A stretch of DNA of 64,000 bases, taken from an uncultured Saccharospirillaceae bacterium. Its GTDB lineage: Bacteria > Bacteroidota > Bacteroidia > Flavobacteriales_D > CAJJDF01. The notes beneath the pieces were generated by a model. It did no database searches. It saw only the letters and a list, made by a program, of their open reading frames with translations, and was not told where the DNA came from. This document shows positions 56,801-64,000 of this stretch, piece by piece. Within the stretch, counting starts at the first letter, position 1; every line of letters begins with the position of its first letter. The translations under genes and the position numbers were made by a program. Where the stretch lies: NCBI GenBank assembly GCA_950054195.1, contig CATLPG010000010.1, positions 622-64,621 of the forward strand, written 5' to 3'.

Positions 56801-58457
56801 AAACATCACATACAACAACAAAAACGTAAGCTGTTTTGATGGTAGTGATGGAGAAATTAATGTAATCACAAATGGAGGGACTGCTCCTTATAACTACCAG
56901 TGGGCAGATAGAGACTCAACTATACTTAGTTATACTTCAAGTTCAATTAATAATCTACCAGAAAACATCTATAACCTAAAAATAGTTGACTCAAATAATT
57001 GCTTGTTAGATACAAACATTAGAATTACCCAACCACAACAGGAATTATCAATTATTCTATCTCCTAATGATGCTTTATGTTTTAATAGTTCAGATGGGTT
57101 TATTAACTCAAGTGTTTATGGGGGAACCGCTCCATACTCATACGATTGGAGTAATTCGGCTACATCACCAAACATTACTAACTTAACCACTGGCAATTAT
57201 TACTTAATTGTAACAGATAGTTTAGGTTGTATACAAATTGATAGTGCCTTGATTAATCAGCCAGCCCTTCCCTTGCGGGTATCTACTCAAACTGAAGATG
57301 TAACTTGTATTGGTGGCACTAACGGTAAAATAATGTCTTTTGTTACTGGAGGGGTATCACCTTACACATATGCATGGAGCAATGGACAAAGTTCTCAGGA
57401 TATCGATAGCCTATCAGCTGGATCATATACTCTAACCGTTACGGATGCTAATGGTTGTACCTCGATTTCTGGTGGAACTATAAATGAGCCTAGTACTTCA
57501 GTAAATATTAGCTATACTGTTGATTCTGTATCGTGTTATAGAGGTAATGATGGGCATATTAGAGTAGATATTACTGGAGGTACAACACCCTATCAATTAC
57601 AATGGGCAGACTCCTTATTTTTACTAAACATAAAAGGAAATGATATTTACAACTTAACTACAGGAGAATATGAAATGATCGTTACTGATGCAAATGGATG
57701 CATGTCTTCTGCATTAATTTTTGTTCCTCAACCAGATTCTTTAACACTTGATTTAATAAAAACAGATGCCTTATGTTTTGGATCAGAGGATGGCTCAGTG
57801 ACAACATATGTTCAAGGAGGAACAACTCCTTATCAATACTTATGGACAGATTCTGCTACGACTCCTAATCGAGATAATATTGGTGCCAACACTTATCAAG
57901 TAACGGTAACTGATGCTAAAGGTTGTACCGTAACAGGAGCAATTAAAGTTGAGCAACCTCCTGTTATTTGGGCTACAACCGACTTTAAAGAAGTTTCCTG
58001 TAGAGAAGAAACGGATGGAAGCTTAACACTCATCCCTCAAGGTGGTGTTGGAGGATATATTATTAACTGGTCAAACGGAGAGAGTAAAGAAACTATTGAA
58101 AATTTACCAACTGGTAATTATACTGCTATTTACGAAGATGCTAATGGCTGTAAAGATACCGCTGTTTTCAATTTGTATGGAAATGACCAAGTGTGTATAC
58201 AACTTTCTAATACGATTACTCCAAACGATGATGGAATTAACGATACATGGATTATTGATGGTATAGAGCATTATCCTAACGTATCGGTGAAAGTATTTAA
58301 TGAATGGGGAAGAGAAGTGTTTACATCTAGCGGTTTATATACTGCTTGGGATGGAACTTTTAATGGCAAGCCTCTACCTGGTGGAACCTATTATTATATT
58401 ATTGACTTAAACACGGGTGACCCTGTATTTAAAGGTCCTATATTAATTGTAAGATAA
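53823..58457 (+). CDS. SprB-repeat protein with orphan ~520-aa N-terminal domain and T9SS type B (gliding-motility-associated) CTD
   Basis: 1544 aa. The TTG start yields the signal peptide MKNKHFYILLVFIAFGSVLSLKAQ. There are 12 SprB repeats. The C-terminal 'ITPNDDGINDTWIIDGIEHYPNVSVKVFNEWGREVF...WDGTFNGKPLPGGTYYYIIDL' (58185..58454) is a type B CTD. Confidence 0.85.
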   Translation: MKNKHFYILLVFIAFGSVLSLKAQTYTQTDYAPFSNDSMNMWGSGGALNLNRDIELFRLNPGPQTTSVGNITSVAGSQFGALLNASLYIDIGSNFRISGFEGGSVDVDYPVDVSMTMPTDSSFERGEWITIESDYSLRNAGFINSSFPSGGSTELVMRFGFATNVNSKVCVFGCTDIPLLPPNSTTALLGQWPSIEIPIFGLYHDKATNTVSTVYPCLDPHPIPNICNSNVTPIPLDIPDLGLSGYVDLPQTNTNSSVNGKCISAYGRDEYIRLDIDILKYLAKIAGAIPGGQPLAVLMDNLSNSYSLPGGASVSYNIFSADFTIKNYNNQRFTYCPNVNTTLNFPTSVKYRIKNPSGTILSTGFDQTVTFHTGNDIDIQYPCSYEFVEVTPEYKIDETENSFRNETYDSLDFSFNMAALSFNITIPKITVTPELHFPEVCIPYIYPCGNWKKPWRMCTGQSCTPAFTVPAVYFGPYSIGFGPLWTASIPVGNIKIPWFDRSWPLKDMGDFTGSTIRLVPRKYEVLLARTDILCKGDSTGNFTATIKNGTPPFLYEWSNNNSYTSSSRTETISGLAAGIHHVKITDANGCSLFGSITLTEPEKKLHVIDIQKENVSCYAFSDAKAFVNIQGGTTPYNYLWSNGSINDTLLNVSIGNYTLQITDSNNCILDTSITITQPDSITITSIKTDVLCYSDSTGTGQIQVSGGTFPYQYNWSTSDSSSFSNKLPNGTHMINVTDHQGCSKTHNITINQPVAPLSIANVSIQNINCFGESTGEIQVTPTGGTYPYTYTWYNTNNIQLASKTTVINNQPKGLYTVIISDTNGCEVDSTIELIEPIAPLSIELTADSVTCFDASNGAIDLSVSGGTAPYSFNWSNGSTTEDLTNIPSGNYSITVTDALGCTFIDSIDVLQPTDSLKITLTKQHHVLCFGDSTGNLEVIAEGGTTPYIYNWNNGVNQPINPKIKAGNYIVTVTDFYGCSLSNNYVISQPNTPLNITYNNKNVSCFDGSDGEINVITNGGTAPYNYQWADRDSTILSYTSSSINNLPENIYNLKIVDSNNCLLDTNIRITQPQQELSIILSPNDALCFNSSDGFINSSVYGGTAPYSYDWSNSATSPNITNLTTGNYYLIVTDSLGCIQIDSALINQPALPLRVSTQTEDVTCIGGTNGKIMSFVTGGVSPYTYAWSNGQSSQDIDSLSAGSYTLTVTDANGCTSISGGTINEPSTSVNISYTVDSVSCYRGNDGHIRVDITGGTTPYQLQWADSLFLLNIKGNDIYNLTTGEYEMIVTDANGCMSSALIFVPQPDSLTLDLIKTDALCFGSEDGSVTTYVQGGTTPYQYLWTDSATTPNRDNIGANTYQVTVTDAKGCTVTGAIKVEQPPVIWATTDFKEVSCREETDGSLTLIPQGGVGGYIINWSNGESKETIENLPTGNYTAIYEDANGCKDTAVFNLYGNDQVCIQLSNTITPNDDGINDTWIIDGIEHYPNVSVKVFNEWGREVFTSSGLYTAWDGTFNGKPLPGGTYYYIIDLNTGDPVFKGPILIVR
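55390..58180 (+). repeat. 12 tandem SprB repeats (~77 aa each, coding repeat)
   Basis: The unit is 'C(F/Y)GxxxGxIxxxxxGGTxPYxYxWSNG....xxxLxxLxxGxYxxxVTDxNGCxxxxxxxIxxP'. I counted 12 'GGT.PY.Y.W'-type cores. Confidence 0.75.
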
Positions 58458-61400
58458 TTGAATAAATTTTTACTCCATATTATATTTATTATTGCATCAT
58501 TTTCGATGTATAGTCAATGTCCTACATTAACTATAATAAACAAGCAGAACGTTACTTGTTTTGGTGGTGCAAATGGACAAATTACTGTCCAAGTTACTCC
58601 CGATGGTTCATTACCTCCCTGCGGATCTGGTTATAATATTATATGGTCAAACGGTGCTAATACTACTACTATAAGCGGACTTACTGCTGGCGTATACTAT
58701 GTTAATGTCACCAACAATTGCACAGGGTGTACCTCATTTGCAATAGCCTCCATTGAAGAACCCTATCAATTAACTTCTACTATCTCTAAAACTGATGCTA
58801 ACTGTAAAAATGAAGCTTCTGGAACTGTTGATTTAGAAGTAAGCGGAGGTACTCCTCCCTATAATTATAGCTGGAATACCGGGAGTATATCTCAAGACTT
58901 AATAAATGTAGCAGCAGGTAATTATAACGTAACCATTACTGATGATAATGGTTGTACAGCTACTAATACTTCAGTTGTTAATGAACCTGCTGCTACAGTA
59001 GCTAATACAGCTACGGTAAATGACGTGAGTTGTTTTTTAGGAAATGATGGCGCTATACAAATGGATGTTTTTGGAGGAACTCCTCCTTATACCTACAACT
59101 GGAATAGCGGCACGTATTTATCCGAAGATATTGCCAACCTTACCCAAGGGCCTTACGCTGTTGACATTACAGATGCTAAAGGTTGTATATTAACAAAAAA
59201 CTATACGGTACAACAGCCCACGGCTATTAACACAACACTTATTCCTTCAGCAGTACTTTGTAACGGAACGTCAACTGGATCAGTAAATTTATCGACTAAT
59301 GGAGGAACTCCTCCTTATGATTATAGTTGGTCGAGCTCTAACTTTACACTTGGAAACTCTCAAAACTTATCTAACATCCCTTCAGGAAATTACTACATAG
59401 AGGTTACTGATAATCTCGGGTGCATACATGTTGATTCAACAGTTGTTACCGAACCTAGTACGTTAATTATTACATCATCAGTTACTGCTGTTAGTTGTAA
59501 TGGTTTCTCTGATGGAAATATACAGCTAACAACCGTGGGAGGAACTCCTCCTTATACATATACATGGTCGGATGGAAATGGAGCTTTACCTAATACCACA
59601 GAAGATTTAATAAATATCCCTTCTGAAACCTATCAGGTACTTGTTGAAGATTTTAATGGATGCTCTTTCGCCCAATCATTTATAGTTACTCAGCCGCCAG
59701 CTCCAATTAGTGTTTCTTCAACAAAAGTTGATGTAGACTGTTTTAGTAATAATACTGGCTCTATAGATTTAACAGTTTCTGGAGGAACATTTCCTTATCA
59801 ATATTCTTGGGCTCATGGACCATCAACCCAAGATGTAGAAGATTTATTTTTCGGAAATTATACGGTTACTATTATAGATACCAACGGTTGTATCGAAACC
59901 GAAAACGTTTTTATTAATCAACCTAACAATCCTTTATCAGTAAACGCTAATATAGCTCCCGTATTATGTTACGATAGCACAAATGGAGCCATTGTATTAT
60001 CTCCCTCTGGAGGAACTTCTCCCTACAACTACCAATGGATAAATAGCACATTTACGTTAAGTGCTACTTCAAAAGACTTAACAGGAATGGGTGCTGATTG
60101 GTATGCAGTTACCATAACAGATTCTAACGCTTGTCAATTAAGAGACACGTTTACAATTAATGAACCAGACGAATTATTGCTTTTATTAAATCCATCTGAT
60201 GTGCTATGCTTTGGAGAAAACACAGGTTCAATAGATTTAAGTATAAGTGGTGGTTCTATTCCTTATAGTTTTTTATGGAGTAACACAGAGATTACTAAAG
60301 ATGTTCAAAACCTAACCGAAGGAAAATATCATGTTACTGTTACTGATAATAATGGCTGTATTATTAAAGATAGTGCTGTTATTAATCAACCTCTAACTCC
60401 GTTAAGTAGCTCTTATAATGTGAAAAATACTACATGCCATGGAGGAAGCGATGCACATATTATTTACACAGTAAGTGGAGGTACTCCAAGTTATAATTAT
60501 TCATGGTCTAACGGAGGTCAACAAAAAGATATTTTTAACATTTCTGCTGGGTCTTATCAAATTATCACAACGGATAATAACTCATGTATACTTACTGATA
60601 CTATTCTTGTTACCGAGCCTGATTTTATATCTATTTTAGCTAATATAACACCTGTAAGATGTAAAGGAGAAAGTTCAGGGGAAATTGACATATCAGTTAC
60701 TGGAGGAACTCCCGAGTACGACTATCATTGGACCAATAGTGATTTTGTTCTGAGTGCATCTACGCAGGATTTAAACGAATTACCAGCCGATTCATACTCA
60801 GTAGAGGTTACGGATACAAATGGTTGCACAGGTAGTAGTGCTTTTGTAGTTATTGAGCCTGATGAACTAGAATTAAATGCTGTTAAAACTGATGTTACTT
60901 GCTTTGGCGCTCAGGATGGTACGATAACGCTCAATCCAACAGGTGGAAATCCTTTTTATACCTTCGATTGGAATAATGGTAGTATCCAATCAAACTTAAC
61001 CAATCTAGAGCCAGGAGTATACGTTATTAATCTATTGGACACAAAAGGGTGTAATAAAAGTGAAACCTTCACAGTTATTGAACCAGATGAAATATCATTG
61101 AATCCTATTGTTACTGAAGTCTCCTGTAAAGATCAAAGCGATGGGAGTATCAAGCTTTACCCGGAAGGAGGTAATGGCGCTTATACTTACAACTGGGAAT
61201 TTGGCTCTTCGTCCTCATATGTTGATGGATTAGCTGGTGGTGAATATTATGCAGAAGTTACAGACTTACTTGGTTGTACTGGAGATTCTGTAATTGACAT
61301 GACAATTAATCCACGAGCTTGCATAGATTTATCTAATACCTTTTCACCGAATGGTGATGGAATTAATGATACTTGGATTATAGATAATTTAATTCTTTAT

Positions 61401-61580
61401 GAAGACGCCAAACTAAATATTTATAATGAATGGGGAAATATCGTTTTTCAAGGAGGAAATGATTCTGAATGGGATGGAACATATAATGGAAATACTCTTC
61501 CTAATGGAACCTACTATTATATTTTAAAAGTGCTAAATGATAATGAAACGTATAAAGGTGGAATTACCATTATTCGATAA
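58458..61580 (+). CDS. SprB-repeat protein with T9SS type B CTD
   Basis: 1040 aa. The TTG start sits on the nucleotide after the previous stop and yields the signal peptide MNKFLLHIIFIIASFSMYSQ. There are 12 SprB repeats. The C-terminal 'FSPNGDGINDTWIIDNLILYEDAKLNIYNEWGNIVF...WDGTYNGNTLPNGTYYYILKV' (61310..61577) is a type B CTD. Confidence 0.85.
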   Translation: MNKFLLHIIFIIASFSMYSQCPTLTIINKQNVTCFGGANGQITVQVTPDGSLPPCGSGYNIIWSNGANTTTISGLTAGVYYVNVTNNCTGCTSFAIASIEEPYQLTSTISKTDANCKNEASGTVDLEVSGGTPPYNYSWNTGSISQDLINVAAGNYNVTITDDNGCTATNTSVVNEPAATVANTATVNDVSCFLGNDGAIQMDVFGGTPPYTYNWNSGTYLSEDIANLTQGPYAVDITDAKGCILTKNYTVQQPTAINTTLIPSAVLCNGTSTGSVNLSTNGGTPPYDYSWSSSNFTLGNSQNLSNIPSGNYYIEVTDNLGCIHVDSTVVTEPSTLIITSSVTAVSCNGFSDGNIQLTTVGGTPPYTYTWSDGNGALPNTTEDLINIPSETYQVLVEDFNGCSFAQSFIVTQPPAPISVSSTKVDVDCFSNNTGSIDLTVSGGTFPYQYSWAHGPSTQDVEDLFFGNYTVTIIDTNGCIETENVFINQPNNPLSVNANIAPVLCYDSTNGAIVLSPSGGTSPYNYQWINSTFTLSATSKDLTGMGADWYAVTITDSNACQLRDTFTINEPDELLLLLNPSDVLCFGENTGSIDLSISGGSIPYSFLWSNTEITKDVQNLTEGKYHVTVTDNNGCIIKDSAVINQPLTPLSSSYNVKNTTCHGGSDAHIIYTVSGGTPSYNYSWSNGGQQKDIFNISAGSYQIITTDNNSCILTDTILVTEPDFISILANITPVRCKGESSGEIDISVTGGTPEYDYHWTNSDFVLSASTQDLNELPADSYSVEVTDTNGCTGSSAFVVIEPDELELNAVKTDVTCFGAQDGTITLNPTGGNPFYTFDWNNGSIQSNLTNLEPGVYVINLLDTKGCNKSETFTVIEPDEISLNPIVTEVSCKDQSDGSIKLYPEGGNGAYTYNWEFGSSSSYVDGLAGGEYYAEVTDLLGCTGDSVIDMTINPRACIDLSNTFSPNGDGINDTWIIDNLILYEDAKLNIYNEWGNIVFQGGNDSEWDGTYNGNTLPNGTYYYILKVLNDNETYKGGITIIR
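58518..61300 (+). repeat. 12 tandem SprB repeats (coding repeat)
   Basis: Same unit as in 55390..58180. I counted 12 cores. The first is atypical: 'TPDGSLPPCGSGYNIIW'. Confidence 0.75.
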
Positions 61581-61595
61581 ATTTTATGTGTTGAT

Positions 61596-62582
61596 ATGAA
61601 AAAACTACTACTCATTGTACTGTTTGCTATTATGTCGGTGTTAACATACACACAGCAACGAGCATTAATGACACAGTATATGTTTAACGATTTAATCTAT
61701 AATCCTGCGGTTGCTGGTGTAAAAGATTATGTTCCTATTAATTTAAATGTACGTGAGCAATGGACAACCATTAACGCTGCCCCTGCTACTCAAAGCGTTT
61801 CTATTCATGGTTACCTTGATTATAATTTAGGTGCTGGTGCACATATTTTTAACCATTCTGCGGGTCCCTTGAGAAGAACTGGGCTTACATTATCTACTGC
61901 TTATCATTTAAAATTAAAAGAGAACAGATTTAGTAAAGAATATCGAACACTTTCTTTTGGGTTAAGCGGAACACTTATGCAATATGTCCTAGATAAAGAA
62001 AAAGTTAAAACTAGAATACCTGACGACCCTGCGGTAATTAGTGCTTTTAATTATCGTATGGTTCCTGATTTTTCTTTTGGGTTATATTATCATGAAGGGA
62101 ATAAGTTTTATGTTGGTGTATCAACTTTAAATCTTCTCCAAACTCGCTTCGATTTATTTAATACCTACGAGTTTAACATCAATAAAACAGTTCGTAATTA
62201 TTATATCAGTGGAGGAGCAAACTTTAAAGTAAATTACGATTACTCTATTCAAGCATTTATGCTTGGTCAAATTATTGAAAGCACACCGTTTCAGGTTGAA
62301 ATAGCTGTACTTAACTTTATAAAATCTAAGTATTTTATTGGTCCAACTTATCGCTTACAAGATTCATTTGGTGGTATTATTGGCTACAAAAACCATTCAT
62401 TGAGGGTAAGTTATTCTTATGATTATACTACTTCTGATATTCGACCTTTTCAAAATGGAACACATGAAGTGAATTTTACACTGTTTTTCCTAAATGGTAG
62501 CTTGAATGGAAGCAAAACCTATAAAGGAGATAAACAACGAGCTGCAAATAGTAAGTATAAGCCAGATATTAATGAATTTTAA
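61596..62582 (+). CDS. PorP/SprF family type IX secretion system membrane protein
   Basis: 328 aa with a signal peptide, then 'QQRALMTQYMFNDLIYNPAVAG' (the family N-terminal signature) and a beta-barrel-like remainder. Lies 15 nt downstream of the type B CTD gene. Confidence 0.8.
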   Translation: MKKLLLIVLFAIMSVLTYTQQRALMTQYMFNDLIYNPAVAGVKDYVPINLNVREQWTTINAAPATQSVSIHGYLDYNLGAGAHIFNHSAGPLRRTGLTLSTAYHLKLKENRFSKEYRTLSFGLSGTLMQYVLDKEKVKTRIPDDPAVISAFNYRMVPDFSFGLYYHEGNKFYVGVSTLNLLQTRFDLFNTYEFNINKTVRNYYISGGANFKVNYDYSIQAFMLGQIIESTPFQVEIAVLNFIKSKYFIGPTYRLQDSFGGIIGYKNHSLRVSYSYDYTTSDIRPFQNGTHEVNFTLFFLNGSLNGSKTYKGDKQRAANSKYKPDINEF

Positions 62583-62652
62583 TTAGTATTAAAGCTGTAA
62601 ACAGCTAGGCTCTTAATCTTTCTTTACTTTTAATTTAAAGTACATTTTTAAA

Positions 62653-63304
62653 CTAGTGTACTACACCAAATGAACCAGAACTACCATCTGAACCCGTCCA
62701 TGATCCTGTACCAAATTGAGCAGCTCCCAAACATGGAGTTCATCCGCTGTTTGAAACCCCTTGAGAAGTTCCTGGTGATAATGTGAAAGGGTTTGAAGGA
62801 ACCCAAGTATAATTAGGCTCACTGAGTAAATTTACTGTTATTGAAGCACTTGTATTATACCATATATGAGTTTTCCTAGGGCTAGGAAACACAAAATAAT
62901 CGTAACTACAGAAATTAAATGGTCCAGTTGGCGGGTTTGGATCACAGGGAGCAAACCAAGCTCCAGAAGTTGCACAACCTCCATTATCGGTTAAAGTAGT
63001 TGGACATGTTCCACCATTAATTGAACTAACACATAAGTTTGGTCCTGTACTGGATTTTGAATATTCAGCTTATTTAAAGCAGTAGAAGTTATGCTTACTG
63101 TTCTAAAGTGTGCATTACCAGAGATATTGGGCAGTTACCTACCATAGGTATTACCACATCATCGGTTATAGTAAGTATTGTATTTGGACTCTAATTATAT
63201 CCTTCATGCCAGTCATTGTCTGTTGAGCTTATCCAAGTATTTTTAGCAATCATTTGAATTGAGAAAAACAAAATTATTGTTGCTATAAACGTTTTAAGAT
63301 TCAT
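62653..63304 (-). pseudogene. decayed paralog of the C-terminal part of gene 63370..>64000 (small secreted Trp-cap protein)
   Basis: No ORF over 60 aa in the track here. The reverse strand reads ATG(63304) MNLKTFIATIILFFSIQMIAKNTWISSTDNDWHEGYN-TAG, where TGG (Trp) is expected. Frame disruption follows around 63060..63200. The 3' part reads ...GAWFAPCDPNPPTGPFNFCSYDYFV...GVSNSG-TGA-TPC...GSDGSSGSFGVVH-TAG, clearly homologous to the intact neighbour. Confidence 0.75.
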
Positions 63305-63369
63305 TATCTATAAAGCTTGCTATTATTTTTTTAATAAAAATATTTAATCAATTTTAAATCCAAAATATA

Positions 63370-64000
63370 CTAATGTACCACATTAAATGAACCTGAACTA
63401 CCATCTGAACCTGTCCAAGTTGCCACACCAAACTGAGCAAATCCATTACACGGAGTACCTCCACTGTTAGAAACTCCTTGTGAAGTTCCTGGAGGCAAAG
63501 TAAATGGATTAGATGGTAAATATACATAACCTGCTTGAGTAGGAAGAGTTACTGTAATTGTTGCACTAGTATTATTATAAAATACGTGAGTAGTACCAGG
63601 CCCAGGGCATACAAAATAATCGTAACTACAAAAACTAAATGGACCAGTAGGTGTACCTGGGTTACAAGGCTCAAACCATGCTCCAGGTATTGAAGCATCA
63701 TTCACGTCAAACACCACATCATCTGTAGTGGCAGGACATCCACCACTTGCTGGTCTAGTATACCTAATTCTAACAGTAGTAGTTGCGGAAACATCAGCCG
63801 GGGTGTAAGTAGTACCAGATATACTCCCACCTCCACTTATAATACTCCAACTACCACCTCCTGGTGTACCTGTCAACGCCTTAGTTTCTGTATCATCAAT
63901 AGCTGCTGTACTTGTTGTATTATTTGCCACTAATTGATTAGTGACTGTAAATGATCTATCACTGGTTGTTGCAGGACATCCTCCACTTGCTGGTCTTGTA
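63370..64000 (-). CDS. large secreted repeat protein, 5' part outside the window; ~80-aa Ig-like repeats plus an unclassified ~105-aa C-terminal domain
   Basis: The track ORF (63370..63930) starts at an internal GTG, but the frame stays open to the window edge (...TRPASGGCPATTSDRSFTVTNQLVANN...). 'TRPASGGCPATT(S/D)D' recurs 240 nt apart. The C-terminal domain is 'GAWFEPCNPGTPTGPFSFCSYDYFVCPGPG...GSDGSSGSFNVVH'. Confidence 0.7.
   Translation of the reverse strand, partial: TRPASGGCPATTSDRSFTVTNQLVANNTTSTAAIDDTETKALTGTPGGGSWSIISGGGSISGTTYTPADVSATTTVRIRYTRPASGGCPATTDDVVFDVNDASIPGAWFEPCNPGTPTGPFSFCSYDYFVCPGPGTTHVFYNNTSATITVTLPTQAGYVYLPSNPFTLPPGTSQGVSNSGGTPCNGFAQFGVATWTGSDGSSGSFNVVH

Noticed and set aside
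48400-61300. Regular ~230-bp periodicity that could be mistaken for a CRISPR array, satellite or tandem DNA repeat
   Set aside because: The periodicity lies entirely inside long open reading frames and corresponds to ~77-aa protein repeats (Ig-like and SprB). The units are divergent at the DNA level, with no conserved short direct repeat and spacer structure.
62593-62606. AGCTGT-AA-ACAGCT hairpin between PorP/SprF and the pseudogene as a bidirectional terminator
   Set aside because: The stem is only 5-6 bp with a minimal loop and no flanking T/A runs, which is too weak to call.

Overview
The window is a low-GC chromosomal segment that looks like a Bacteroidota (Flavobacteriia-type) genome. 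Supporting signs are T9SS C-terminal sorting domains of both type A and type B, SprB repeats, a PorP/SprF gene, a PorV/PorQ-like barrel, TAnnTTTG-type -7 boxes and several TTG starts. I call about 50 protein genes and found no rRNA, tRNA, CRISPR array, transposase, integrase or phage structural gene.

Layout:
- (i) 1-16.3 kb: four paralogous Sec-signal 'tail-fibre' proteins with C-terminal S74-type self-cleaving chaperone domains. They bracket a housekeeping block (amidohydrolase, kinase-like hypothetical, parvulin PPIase, guaB).
- (ii) 16.3-19.2 kb: a partial System I cytochrome c maturation cluster (ccmB, ccmC, ccmD-like, ccmE with a CxxxY heme site).
- (iii) 19.3-24.8 kb: a T9SS cargo protein and outer-membrane proteins.
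- (iv) 25.0-25.8 kb: an arsR-DUF6428 pair.
- (v) 25.9-38.6 kb: housekeeping genes (M1 aminopeptidase, hutU, mnmA, queE, 5-FTHF cyclo-ligase, ybaB-like, fumarylacetoacetase).
- (vi) 38.7-45.0 kb: a light-response cluster holding a CarH/LitR-type B12 photoreceptor-regulator, an FeS (6-4)-type photolyase, Cry-DASH, SRPBCC and TIGR03643. A 39-bp inverted-repeat operator candidate occurs twice.
- (vii) 45.1-62.6 kb: a tightly coupled 17.5-kb T9SS adhesin cluster. It encodes a 2758-aa RCC1-propeller giant with a type A CTD, a small secreted protein, two 12-repeat SprB-type proteins with type B CTDs, and PorP/SprF.
- (viii) 62.65-64.0 kb: a decayed pseudogene next to its intact paralog.

The best candidates for something undescribed are the 45-62.6 kb adhesin/gliding-type module, the non-phage S74 fibre family, and the repeated operator of the light regulon. 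All family assignments come from motifs read by eye; no HMM or BLAST search was possible.
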